This document shows, piece by piece, positions 41,768 through 50,955 of a stretch of DNA of 64,000 nt; positions within the stretch are counted from its first letter, which is position 1; each line of letters begins with the position of its first letter. This DNA comes from an uncultured Spirochaetia bacterium (GTDB lineage: Bacteria > Spirochaetota > Spirochaetia > CAKZLE01): the NCBI GenBank assembly GCA_937125225.1, contig CAKZLE010000035.1:76705-140704 (forward strand), given 5' to 3'. Position numbers and translations under genes: made by a program. Under the pieces are notes generated by a model, which worked only from the letters and a program-made list of their open reading frames with translations, ran no database searches and was not told where the DNA came from.

Positions 41768-43612
41768 TTATACATAATCCTTTAATCGTCTACTTCTTTT
41801 CGGGTGTCTTAATCTTCTCAAGGCTTTAGCTTCAATTTGCCTAATTCGCTCTCTAGTGACTTCAAAGTATAAACCAACCTCTTCTAAAGTCAATGAATAG
41901 CCATCCTCTAATCCAAACCTCATCTTCAAGACTTCCTGCTCTCTTGGAGGCAGTGTTTTAAGAACATCTTGTAGTTGTTCTTGAAGTAATTTGAAAGCTG
42001 TCTGGGTCGCAGGATTCTCTACCTCTTTATCTTCTATGAAATCGCCGAGTAAAGAATCTTCTTCTTCACCTATTGGAGTCTCAAGAGAGATAGGTTCTCT
42101 TGCAACATTCTTTACTGTTTTGACTCTTTGTGGAGTCCACCCTAACCGTTCAGCAATCTCTTCATCAGTTGGTTCTCTTCCAAAAACTTGCATCAACTGT
42201 CTAGATTCTCTGACGACTTTATTGATCTGTTCTATCATATGTACGGGAACTCGAATAGTCCTAGCCTGATCAGAAATTGAACGGGTTATTGCCTGTCTGA
42301 TCCACCAAGTCGCATATGTTGAGAACTTATATCCTTTACGATATTCGAATTTCTCTACAGCTTTGATCAATCCGATATTTCCTTCTTGAACTAAGTCAAA
42401 GAAATGAAGTCCTCTATTGGTATACTTTTTAGCGATAGAGACCACAAGTCGAAGGTTGGCTTGAATCAAACGATCCTTTGCACTCTTCATCATGACTCGG
42501 CCATGCTCTATTTCTTTTGCATCATTGATGATTTCAGAAATATCATTTTCGAAATCAAATTCAATATTTTTGAGTTTTTTCTCTGTAAGTTGAATCTGTC
42601 TGATCTGTTCTTTTATAACATCAGTCGTCATCTGTAGTTTTTCTTCAAGTGCTTCTCTTTTACTCGGTATAGCAAGGGATCGTCCCATCTGTCTGAGTTC
42701 TCTAACAGAACTGACACCTAATCGTGCTTCTAACTGATCTCTTCTATTCTGGTACTCATATATATCTTTTTCTGATTGTACGAACTTATCGGTAAAATCT
42801 ATTATCTCATCCTGTTGAAGAACGAATTGAGAGAGTTTCTTCATAAGCTTATCTCTCTTCTTTCCAAGATCTTCATCCTGAATAAAACTACCACCTTCAC
42901 TTTGAATCTTTTTTTTCTGTTCAACATAATTCTTAAGTGGGGCATTAACCTCTTTGATCTGATCTTTATAGGCTTGATTGAGTCTTTTTTGTTCTGAGAA
43001 GAAATCAGCCAATTCTTTCTTTGACAGTTCAAGTTCACTCTCATCGATCTTCTGGGCAAGTTTTTGTTGAATATTAGACATACCTGTGATCATGATCCCT
43101 GATTTGAGTATGACACTTCTGATGATATTCTCACCCTCTTCCATCTTCTTTGAAAGCTCAACTTCTTGTTCAGCAGTTAAAAGGCTCTCTTTACCAATCT
43201 CTCTTAGGTAGAGTCTAATAGGATCGTCAATTGCAGCTTCACCATCACTATAGATGAGTTTCTTTGACTTATGAGATGGTTTTTTTACAGGAGCCGCAAT
43301 TATTTCTTCAACAACCTCTTCTGCCTCTACGATTTCTTCTTCATCTTCTATGATCTCAAGATCCTCATCCTCTTCGAATGCTACCTCTGTGCCAGAGTCA
43401 AAGGATCCCTGTACGGCAGGATCTACGGCAGTTTTAGATTTAATGACTTTTACACCATTTTTTTCAAGAAGTTTGACGACTTCATCCGAGTTATCAGAAT
43501 TTGCAATAGAATCTGGTAAGAACTCGTTCATCTCAGCTAAAGTGATCTGTTTCTTTTTCTTACCGAATACTAAGAGTTTCTTAACTAAAGGATCTTGTGA
43601 TAATTCTGGCAT
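41768..43612 (-). CDS. rpoD: RNA polymerase sigma factor RpoD (sigma-70)
   Basis: Regions 1.1, 1.2, 2 (...[14 protein letters not shown]...), 3 and 4 (...[31 protein letters not shown]...). Confidence 0.95.
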   Translation of the reverse strand: MPELSQDPLVKKLLVFGKKKKQITLAEMNEFLPDSIANSDNSDEVVKLLEKNGVKVIKSKTAVDPAVQGSFDSGTEVAFEEDEDLEIIEDEEEIVEAEEVVEEIIAAPVKKPSHKSKKLIYSDGEAAIDDPIRLYLREIGKESLLTAEQEVELSKKMEEGENIIRSVILKSGIMITGMSNIQQKLAQKIDESELELSKKELADFFSEQKRLNQAYKDQIKEVNAPLKNYVEQKKKIQSEGGSFIQDEDLGKKRDKLMKKLSQFVLQQDEIIDFTDKFVQSEKDIYEYQNRRDQLEARLGVSSVRELRQMGRSLAIPSKREALEEKLQMTTDVIKEQIRQIQLTEKKLKNIEFDFENDISEIINDAKEIEHGRVMMKSAKDRLIQANLRLVVSIAKKYTNRGLHFFDLVQEGNIGLIKAVEKFEYRKGYKFSTYATWWIRQAITRSISDQARTIRVPVHMIEQINKVVRESRQLMQVFGREPTDEEIAERLGWTPQRVKTVKNVAREPISLETPIGEEEDSLLGDFIEDKEVENPATQTAFKLLQEQLQDVLKTLPPREQEVLKMRFGLEDGYSLTLEEVGLYFEVTRERIRQIEAKALRRLRHPKRSRRLKDYV

Positions 43613-45381
43613 TAACTATTCCTTATACGTCCAATTTCTTCATCTATAAACTTTTTCTCATATAGAAGATCCTGCAAAATCTTTATATCAGCATGAGCAG
43701 AATTCTCTTCTACCTTTATCTGAGAAATGACAGATTTCCTGTTTATTTCCAGTTTGCTGATCTTATACCTCTTCAATATATCATCAATCACATTATCTAC
43801 ATGGATAAGATACTGATCAGAGCCGTAATTCTCAAGTATAAAAGTTCTTACTTCATCATGTTCAATTCGAAGAATAAGATTCTCGAAACTTGATTCACCC
43901 TCACGAAAAGCCTCTTCAAGTGCAGTATATATATCAATTGCCCTATAATCTTCAAAATCGGCAATCTTAACCTGTCTTCTGACATTAAGAAAATATTCAC
44001 GATTATGAATGATCACCATCATCAGATACAGTTCAATTGATAAAGAACCTGATTGCACACCAATACGCTCACGTGATTGTTGTTGACTATTACGTTTGAC
44101 TTTTTGCCTTGTTAGATCTTGCATAATTGTCTTTTCGTCAACATCAATAATCTCCGCGAGCGTTTTTATTGAACTAGATAATTTTATTTCTGATTGTATT
44201 GCTTCTAAATATGGTCTTACCTCATTAAAGACAGATAATTTTCCGTTCGGCGAAGAAATGTCATGATTTTCTTTCGCCTTGTTAATCATATACGTAAAAC
44301 TATTTATACTCTTTTTTAGAATATTTTTCAACAAGTCAATATCACTATTTTGTAATATCTCAGCAGGATCCTTATCTTCAATTGAAATAACTTCTGTATC
44401 AATGCCTAAGGGTTCAAGAATAGTGATGGTCTTTCTTGTCGCTTGGACTCCAGCATTATCAGAATCAAAAAGTAGTATTCCATTTTCCGCATATCTTTTG
44501 AGTCTTCTCCCCTGTTCAGGTGTGAAGGCCGTACCAAGTGGTGCGACACTATTCATTATTCCTGCTTCATAGAGTGCAAGAACATCAAAATATCCTTCAC
44601 AAACTATGAAGGAGTTCATCTTCTTGATAGCGGGAAGGCTCTGATGGAGGCTAAAGAGCGCTTCTCTCTTGTGATAGATATCAGTTTCAGGAGAGTTTAA
44701 ATATTTTGCATTATTGTTTTTATCTAGGGCTCTTCCACCAAAAGCGATAATATTTCCTGATTGATCTGAGATGGGAAACATGAGCCTATCTCTGAAAATT
44801 GGATAAGTAGGGTTATTCTTTGAAAAGACTCCACATTTCTTAAGGAATTCATCACTGTATTTTTTCTTTTTTAAGAATCGATAAAGCCAATTTGGATCTG
44901 CTGGAGCATAGCCTAGTTGGTAATCATCTATTGTAGTATCCGAAATTTTCCTTTCATGAAGATAAGTAAGAACTTTCTTTCCCTCATCTTTCTCTTTTAA
45001 AATGTAGTGAAAACTTGCGGCAAGTCTTTTATAGAGTTCATACATCGCCTGCTTATCAGATCTCTTTTCCTGTTGTTCTGGAGATTCCTCTTCAAGTGCG
45101 ATCCCTGCTTTCTCAGCAAGTTTCTGTACTGATTCTATAAAAGTTATATGTTCAATTTCCATAAGGAAGTTAAAAATCGATCCACCTTTCCCACAACCGA
45201 AACAATGATAAAAACCTTTATCATCATGAACGGTAAAAGAAGGAGTTTGTTCATCGTGAAAAGGACAGAGACCCCAAAGTTGGCCCCCTTTCGATTTAAG
45301 GGAGATATAATCTGAGATCACATCAGATAATGAGATTTTGTCTTTTATTTGCTCTAATATATAATCAGGAATCCTGGCCAT
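43612..45381 (-). CDS. dnaG: DNA primase DnaG
   Basis: Zinc-binding domain [35 protein letters not shown] domain ...[13 protein letters not shown].... Upstream of rpoD (macromolecular-synthesis operon order). Confidence 0.9.
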   Translation of the reverse strand: MARIPDYILEQIKDKISLSDVISDYISLKSKGGQLWGLCPFHDEQTPSFTVHDDKGFYHCFGCGKGGSIFNFLMEIEHITFIESVQKLAEKAGIALEEESPEQQEKRSDKQAMYELYKRLAASFHYILKEKDEGKKVLTYLHERKISDTTIDDYQLGYAPADPNWLYRFLKKKKYSDEFLKKCGVFSKNNPTYPIFRDRLMFPISDQSGNIIAFGGRALDKNNNAKYLNSPETDIYHKREALFSLHQSLPAIKKMNSFIVCEGYFDVLALYEAGIMNSVAPLGTAFTPEQGRRLKRYAENGILLFDSDNAGVQATRKTITILEPLGIDTEVISIEDKDPAEILQNSDIDLLKNILKKSINSFTYMINKAKENHDISSPNGKLSVFNEVRPYLEAIQSEIKLSSSIKTLAEIIDVDEKTIMQDLTRQKVKRNSQQQSRERIGVQSGSLSIELYLMMVIIHNREYFLNVRRQVKIADFEDYRAIDIYTALEEAFREGESSFENLILRIEHDEVRTFILENYGSDQYLIHVDNVIDDILKRYKISKLEINRKSVISQIKVEENSAHADIKILQDLLYEKKFIDEEIGRIRNS

Positions 45382-45387
45382 AACAGT

Positions 45388-45828
45388 TTAATTATAGAAT
45401 ATTTTAGGCTGATTGGCTTTTCTTTTTTCCAACCATTCTTCAATTTCTTCTTTTTTATGTAATTCCCCATGATTAATTCCGGGGCATTCCTCAGATTCTC
45501 GGTCCCAATCTTCTTGAGACTCAACCAATGCTGCCCAGAATGGGTAACTTCGACACTGAATGGGTCTTACCGGATAGATGCTGCAGCCTGAATCTGTTAA
45601 GAATATACAATCATTATTAGGACGCTCGATAATACTGAGCATATAAAAGGTGCCCATTTGGACCTTTTTACAATAAGTCTTAATAAAATTTTCTTGTGAT
45701 AATCCTAAATGTTTATGAATTATTGATATCTCTTTTTCAGAAAGAAAGACATATCCTGGTTCATCTTTGCAGCAGTGAGAACATTGTACACATGAGAATC
45801 TTAATCCATGTTCATAAATATGATTCAA
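45388..45828 (-). CDS. YkgJ-family (CxxCxxCC) putative Fe-S/zinc cluster protein
   Basis: FSCVQCSHCCKD motif, plus ...CIFLTDSGCSIYPVRPIQCRSYP... typical of UPF0153/YkgJ. Confidence 0.6.
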   Translation of the reverse strand: MNHIYEHGLRFSCVQCSHCCKDEPGYVFLSEKEISIIHKHLGLSQENFIKTYCKKVQMGTFYMLSIIERPNNDCIFLTDSGCSIYPVRPIQCRSYPFWAALVESQEDWDRESEECPGINHGELHKKEEIEEWLEKRKANQPKIFYN

Positions 45829-45840
45829 TAGTTGCCTCTC

Positions 45841-45878
45841 AAAGAAAAAAAAAGCCTTTCAACTGAATGAAAGGCTTT
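45841..45878 (-). terminator. Intrinsic terminator downstream of tRNA-Tyr
   Basis: On the minus strand, AAAGCCTTTCATTCAGTTGAAAGGCTTT is followed by nine T residues. Confidence 0.6.
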
Positions 45879-45959
45879 TGGGGAGAGAAGGATTCGAACC
45901 TTCGAAGCTATTGCAACAGATTTACAGTCTGCCCCCTTTGGCCACTCGGGAACCTCCCC
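45879..45959 (-). tRNA. tRNA-Tyr (anticodon GUA), long variable arm, CCA not encoded
   Basis: The minus strand reads GGGGAGGTTCCCGAGTGGCCAAAGGGGGCAGACTGTAAATCTGTTGCAATAGCTTCGAAGGTTCGAATCCTTCTCTCCCCA. It folds as a cloverleaf with a GTA anticodon and resembles the E. coli tRNA-Tyr (recalled from memory, not searched). Confidence 0.9.
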
Positions 45960-46003
45960 AAATACGTTTTTAAACGTAACAAATAACATTAATAATGTCA
46001 ATC

Positions 46004-46077
46004 AGCCACCTGTCAGATTCGAACTGACGACCCCGAGATTACAAGTCACGTGCTCTGGCCAGCTGAGCTAAGGTGGC
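46004..46077 (-). tRNA. tRNA-Thr (anticodon UGU), CCA not encoded
   Basis: The minus strand reads GCCACCTTAGCTCAGCTGGCCAGAGCACGTGACTTGTAATCTCGGGGTCGTCAGTTCGAATCTGACAGGTGGCT. It has a 7-bp acceptor stem, a perfect T stem GTCAG/CTGAC, and the anticodon loop CTTGTAA. Confidence 0.9.
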
Positions 46078-46097
46078 ATCTTTTTTGATGCTTAGGT

Positions 46098-46127
46098 AAT
46101 GTACAAATTAGTCTTGATATTGTCAAG
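46098..46127 (-). promoter_or_regulatory. Sigma-70-type promoter for the tRNA-Thr/tRNA-Tyr operon
   Basis: The minus strand reads TTGACA, a 17-nt spacer, then TACATT. The predicted transcription start is ~15-20 nt upstream of the mature tRNA-Thr 5' end. Confidence 0.5.
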
Positions 46128-46159
46128 TATGTAGAAAAAGAAAATGATCTTTCTTTTCA

Positions 46160-46513
46160 TCATACAAGGTCGGGTCGCAGGGTCTTTGCACCTTCAAGAT
46201 AAACATGACTAAAGTGATCTTTGCTTTCTGCATTCACATGGAAGAGAAAACGTATCGTATGTGGTAATTGGTTTTTTATCTTCAGTTCCTGTAAACAGAA
46301 TAGTACTATCCCTTCTATTCCACCTTCTCTAAGTGCAGTAGCAGGGTTATAGCTTATTAGATCATCGGTCTGACTAATGATCAAACTGATAATTGATTCA
46401 ATATTGATAGAATTTCGATCTATAATCTCCTTAAAAAGTTTCATAGTACCCTCAGATATAGCATGAGGTGTATCTTCGTTTATCTGTATAGCTCCTCGAA
46501 TAGCTTTAACCAT
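46160..46513 (-). CDS. aroH: Chorismate mutase, AroH class
   Basis: 117 aa alignable end-to-end with Bacillus AroH (recalled from memory): IRGA near the N-terminus, the ...FCLQE... and ...TIRF... blocks, and the C-terminal HVYLEGAKTLRPDL. The catalytic Arg7, Arg63, Cys75, Glu78, Arg90, Tyr108 and Arg116 equivalents all appear present. Confidence 0.8.
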   Translation of the reverse strand: MVKAIRGAIQINEDTPHAISEGTMKLFKEIIDRNSINIESIISLIISQTDDLISYNPATALREGGIEGIVLFCLQELKIKNQLPHTIRFLFHVNAESKDHFSHVYLEGAKTLRPDLV

Positions 46514-46538
46514 TATAGATCCTTCCTGTTTGTTTTAT

Positions 46539-46862
46539 TCATAAGATATAAAGATTTTTTATTGTACTGAAATAGAATCCAATTACAAGTATCAGTACTA
46601 CACTAAGAATAGTAAAGATAAAATGAAGAAAATTGAATCTTCGTATGATAAAGATCTCTAAGAATGAAATGATTATTGATGAGATAGATATAATCAGATA
46701 CATCACACATAGTCTAAAGATGATTGTATGAAGAATCGCATAAAAATCATATAGATGTTGATGACTACTTATCAACTGCCAGATGAAACCTAAAAAAACT
46801 ATCGAGAAAAATAGGTAAAGTTCTATTTTTATTAGTATTGGTAATATTCCTTTTTTCTGCAT
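46539..46862 (-). CDS. Small hypothetical polytopic membrane protein
   Basis: 107 aa with three hydrophobic helices and no recognisable motif. Could be spurious. Confidence 0.3.
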   Translation of the reverse strand: MQKKGILPILIKIELYLFFSIVFLGFIWQLISSHQHLYDFYAILHTIIFRLCVMYLIISISSIIISFLEIFIIRRFNFLHFIFTILSVVLILVIGFYFSTIKNLYIL

Positions 46863-46949
46863 ATAGACATTCTATCAATTTTTTCTATTGATTTGAAGTA
46901 AATTTACTTCTAAGATACAATAAAGAGATATGAAGTTACAGGATGTACT

Positions 46950-47750
46950 ATGAAGAAATTCTTATTATGGTTGATTCTCATCATTATAGTCGGCAGTGTC
47001 ATATTCTATATAGGTTGGACACAATACAGATTGGATCAAGATATGTATGGTGTCATATATACAAAGACCTCAGGATATTTTGAAGAACCGATAGAATCCG
47101 GACATTTTTCTTGGTCAGGGTGGAGACTAATACCTGGTAATTTAACGATAACTCAAATTCCATCTAGTAGTCGTAGCATTTCGATCAGGGCAAAAAAGAC
47201 TCTGCCTGCTGCTGATTCATATAAGATGATGGTCATTGGTGACCCGGTATTCTCATACGATGCGGATATCACAATTTCCTATTCATTAGAAAAAGGTTCT
47301 GTCGTTGCACTTGTGAGCAGTTATGGAGTTAATGAATTGAATAGTACAACGTGGTTCCTCGCTAAGGATGAGATGGTTCGTTCTATAGCTCTTGAGATAA
47401 TCACAGATTACTTTATACATAAAGATGTTTCTGCAAGTAAGGATATGATTTCTGAAGATATAAAGGGGTATCTTTCTACTCAGATAAAAACCTATTTCAC
47501 AGAACTGAATATCAATGATATATCAATGACCTTCAATTCTCTCCCTGATTTTGAGATCTATTCACAGGCCAAAAAAAGCTATGAAGAGATGGTAGAACTC
47601 AAGAATGAAACATTGGCTGATGCAATATTACAATCTCCAGAGATGATCACTGAAAATATGCTCTATATAGATAAACTGCAGAATTACGGGCAGCTTTTAT
47701 CCCAATATCCTATTCTATTAGAGTATCTAAGGATAGAACAAGCCCAGTAA
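46950..47750 (+). CDS. Hypothetical membrane-anchored protein (possibly SPFH-like)
   Basis: An N-terminal TM helix (LLWLILIIIVGSVIFYIGW), then a ~240-aa soluble domain with no confident family assignment. Confidence 0.35.
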   Translation: MKKFLLWLILIIIVGSVIFYIGWTQYRLDQDMYGVIYTKTSGYFEEPIESGHFSWSGWRLIPGNLTITQIPSSSRSISIRAKKTLPAADSYKMMVIGDPVFSYDADITISYSLEKGSVVALVSSYGVNELNSTTWFLAKDEMVRSIALEIITDYFIHKDVSASKDMISEDIKGYLSTQIKTYFTELNINDISMTFNSLPDFEIYSQAKKSYEEMVELKNETLADAILQSPEMITENMLYIDKLQNYGQLLSQYPILLEYLRIEQAQ

Positions 47751-47753
47751 GAT

Positions 47754-48371
47754 TTAATGATAAGAGATTCCGATTAGTACTCCTCCACCTCGTTCGATGC
47801 TTATTTTAAGATGGTTGCCGGTAGTTCTATTACTCGTACTATGTTGGGCTATAGAAATGGGGAATTTGTCTAGCTCCCATTGTAGTCCGCAAGAAGTGAC
47901 ACTTATAGGTTGATCGCTTAGACCAAGAACAGATACCCCCTGGCCTTTAATACAATCAATATATAACTTATCTTTGATAAAGTGGAGGCATTCAAAAGAT
48001 GTATACCACCGCACTGGAGGAAAAGTGCTTTTAAAAAGAGCAATCAAAGAAAATGTATGATCTAATCGTCCTTCACCTCCTCCAATCATTATGATTTCGT
48101 GAGGTTCTTCTAAGGCCTTTATATGAGATATCGCAATTTCTGTATCCGTAAAATCCTTATCTTCTGGATATACAAGTGTGTTGACTGAAGCATCCGGTTC
48201 AATAGAAATCGAATCCATGTCGCCTACAAGAAGATCCAAGGATATCGAATCACGAAGAGCAAGATTATATCCTGAATCTGCAGCGATTGCATAATCATAC
48301 TCTTTTAGCTCTTTCTGGTAATCTACTGTTTCTGGTGCACTCCCACCGATAAATAATAGTGCTTTTTTCAT
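47754..48371 (-). CDS. Thiamine pyrophosphokinase (putative)
   Basis: MKKALLFIGGSAPE...YAIAADSGYNLALRDSISLDLLVGDMDSI resembles the TPK catalytic domain with its GDxDS motif, and the C-terminal domain is beta-rich. The ORF-track start at 48410 adds 13 residues with no RBS. Confidence 0.55.
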   Translation of the reverse strand: MKKALLFIGGSAPETVDYQKELKEYDYAIAADSGYNLALRDSISLDLLVGDMDSISIEPDASVNTLVYPEDKDFTDTEIAISHIKALEEPHEIIMIGGGEGRLDHTFSLIALFKSTFPPVRWYTSFECLHFIKDKLYIDCIKGQGVSVLGLSDQPISVTSCGLQWELDKFPISIAQHSTSNRTTGNHLKISIERGGGVLIGISYH

Positions 48372-48474
48372 AATCCACGATTCTTTGCTTGCTAAATTCT
48401 TTAAAATCATATAATACTGTAAACATCATTATTTATTCTATATTTTGTGTAATATATCAATAAAGGAGCTAATT

Positions 48475-49815
48475 ATGAATGATTATAAGAAAATATTCAA
48501 ATCTCTTGGCATCGAAATACCTACGATTCTTATACCGAAAGACGAAATCGACCTCCAAAAATGGGCAGTTGTTGCATGTGATCAGTATACGTCAGAACCT
48601 GAGTATTGGCAATCAGTCGCTAACAATGTAGCAGATGATCCTTCTACCCTAAATCTCGTATATCCAGAATGTTTCCTTGAGGAAGATGATCCAGATGCAA
48701 GAATTAGCTCAATCAATAAAAAGATGGAAGAATATATTGATGCAGGTATATTCAAAGAATTTCCCAATACATTTTTCCTTCTCTACAGAGAAACAAAAGA
48801 GGGTTTTGGCAGATGGGGTTTAGTAGTGGCTTTAGATCTAGAAAGATATGATTTTTCAGTTGGGTCAACCAGCCTTATACGAGCTACTGAAGGGACTATC
48901 ATCGAAAGGATTCCACCAAGAAAGAGAATCAGAAAAGATGCTCCTTTAGAATTCCCTCATATTATAGTACTTATTGATGACGATAAAAGAAGTATTATAG
49001 AACCTCTAGCAGCAAAGAAAGACACTCTCAAAAGAGTCTATTCCTTCCCATTGATGAAGGATAGTGGATCTATAGAAGCATACGCTATCGATAAAGCTGA
49101 AGATCTTCAGATGCTTGCACAAGCATTCACTAACTTAGCAGATCTTAGAGAATATAAGAAAAAATATAATAAAGAAGATCTTCTGCTGTTCGCAATGGGG
49201 GATGGAAATCACTCTCTTGCAACCGCTAAATCATGTTGGGAAGATATTAAAATAGACCTTTCTGATGTACAGAAAGAGACTCACCCTGCTCGTTTCGCTT
49301 TAGTAGAACTTGAGAACATCTTTGATGAAGGGTTGATATTTGAACCAATTCATAGGGTACTCTTTGAAGCTGATAAAGAAAATATCTTGGAAGAACTCAA
49401 TAAGAACTGTTTGAGTTTTGAAAGAATCGATTGTACATCGGCAGATGAGATGTACAAGATGATTCATAAAGAAGATTCTTTCCAATATTTTGGGATTGTT
49501 GATGAAAAGCAGAGTATTCAAGTGATCAAAGTGATTGGTGCAGAAGCTCAGATTGTTGCAGCTACATTACAAAAGACCCTTGACGCCTATTTGAAAGATA
49601 GTGCGACTACCACGATAGATTATACCCATGGAACTCAAGTTACCTACAATTTAGGAATACAAAAAAATAATGTTGCGATATTCCTTCCTGCAATCTCTAA
49701 AAATGATTTTTTCTCTTCGATTGTTCATGATGGAGCTTTACCAAGAAAGACTTTCTCAATGGGAGAGGACTTTGAGAAAAGATTCTATATAGAAGGAAGA
49801 AAGATTACTGAATAG
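48475..49815 (+). CDS. Conserved hypothetical protein, DUF1015-like
   Basis: AAAGGAG RBS 7 nt upstream of the ATG at 48475. ...LLLFAMGDGNHSLATAK... resembles the DUF1015 IADGHHR block. Assigned from memory only. Confidence 0.4.
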   Translation: MNDYKKIFKSLGIEIPTILIPKDEIDLQKWAVVACDQYTSEPEYWQSVANNVADDPSTLNLVYPECFLEEDDPDARISSINKKMEEYIDAGIFKEFPNTFFLLYRETKEGFGRWGLVVALDLERYDFSVGSTSLIRATEGTIIERIPPRKRIRKDAPLEFPHIIVLIDDDKRSIIEPLAAKKDTLKRVYSFPLMKDSGSIEAYAIDKAEDLQMLAQAFTNLADLREYKKKYNKEDLLLFAMGDGNHSLATAKSCWEDIKIDLSDVQKETHPARFALVELENIFDEGLIFEPIHRVLFEADKENILEELNKNCLSFERIDCTSADEMYKMIHKEDSFQYFGIVDEKQSIQVIKVIGAEAQIVAATLQKTLDAYLKDSATTTIDYTHGTQVTYNLGIQKNNVAIFLPAISKNDFFSSIVHDGALPRKTFSMGEDFEKRFYIEGRKITE

Positions 49816-49834
49816 CAGTAGTTTATTAATAATA

Positions 49835-49867
49835 AGGTTCTTCTAACTTTTAGAAGAACCTTTTTTT
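49835..49867 (+). terminator. Bidirectional intrinsic terminator
   Basis: AAGGTTCTTCTAA-CTTT-TAGAAGAACCTT followed by TTTTTTT. It lies downstream of the DUF1015 gene and overlaps the last codons of the convergent gene. Confidence 0.55.
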
Positions 49868-50289
49868 GGAATTCGGTGTGTGAGAAAAGTCAGTATGAGA
49901 AAGAACATCAATCCAATGATAGCAGCTATTGTAATCAATAAGGTATTTGAAACAGGTTCAATCTCTTCCGAAGCAATTGTATGAATGATCGTCGGAGGAG
50001 TCACATTTTTATCTTCAGCATGAGCTGGTAGATATATTATAGTCTCACCACCTGTCAGACCATATTCTTTAGCTAGATTTGAGATATATTGAGGATCTTG
50101 CAGTCTTGTATACTCTAGTTTCAATTCTGTATTCTCAGCTTTGATTTCTTGATATATAAGTTCTAGTTGTTCCATTTTTTCGATCTCTTTATCTGTGTTT
50201 ATCAACCCAAAATGACCATAAGTCGTCAGTCCAATGGCATATACTAATAAAGAGATAGCAATACTTAACAAAACATGTGGTTTATTCAT
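49843..50289 (-). CDS. FtsB/DivIC-like septum formation initiator family protein (putative)
   Basis: Short cytoplasmic N-terminus, one TM helix (VLLSIAISLLVYAIGLTTYG), a coiled coil (EIEKMEQLELIYQEIKAENTELKLEYTRLQDPQYISNLAKEYGL), then a second C-terminal TM helix. The start at 50289 is preferred over the ORF-track 50358. Confidence 0.4.
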   Translation of the reverse strand: MNKPHVLLSIAISLLVYAIGLTTYGHFGLINTDKEIEKMEQLELIYQEIKAENTELKLEYTRLQDPQYISNLAKEYGLTGGETIIYLPAHAEDKNVTPPTIIHTIASEEIEPVSNTLLITIAAIIGLMFFLILTFLTHRIPKKGSSKS

Positions 50290-50356
50290 AGCTTTATATT
50301 GTCTTTTTTTTTTATATAAATATGATATACTATAACAGAATTCTAGTGGAGTATAC

Positions 50357-50944
50357 ATGTATAAAAGTAAAAAACAGAATTATCCGGGTCTTTATGGAAA
50401 ATTCAAAAGAATAGATTCATCAAATTTTGATGATGAACAACAAAAACATAAGCGCCCAGAATATTCTAATGATGCAAATCTAGAAAATCTGGATGATCTG
50501 ATACGCACAATCAAAGAGAAGACTCAAGAGTATGCTGAGCCAATTATTACTAATACTATAACTGAACCAGTAGTTAAGAGTGATAAGAAATCTAAGGTTA
50601 AATCTGTACACAAATCTAAAAATTATGATTCAGAACTAGATCAGTTAAAGAAGAGTAGTAGTATTCTCAATACTGTTTACTCAATCAAGAATAAAGGTGA
50701 TGAAGAAGAAAATGGGGAGGATGAACTTTTCTCTAAACTGATTACAGATTCTGATTTTATCGATGATCTTGAAGAAGATATGTTAGATGTCAGTTCTACT
50801 ACTCACTTTTCTTATGACTTTCCTGAGATTGAAATAAAAGTGAATGAACTATTGGATATGCTTGATAGTCTTTCCTCTTCGGAACGTGGAGAATTGGTCA
50901 AAAAAGAATATATATCGTACCTCTTAAAAAAATTGAATAGATAA
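50357..50944 (+). CDS. Hypothetical acidic protein
   Basis: 195 aa, K/E/D-rich, no motif recognised. Confidence 0.35.
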   Translation: MYKSKKQNYPGLYGKFKRIDSSNFDDEQQKHKRPEYSNDANLENLDDLIRTIKEKTQEYAEPIITNTITEPVVKSDKKSKVKSVHKSKNYDSELDQLKKSSSILNTVYSIKNKGDEEENGEDELFSKLITDSDFIDDLEEDMLDVSSTTHFSYDFPEIEIKVNELLDMLDSLSSSERGELVKKEYISYLLKKLNR

Positions 50945-50955
50945 GGAATTATAAC

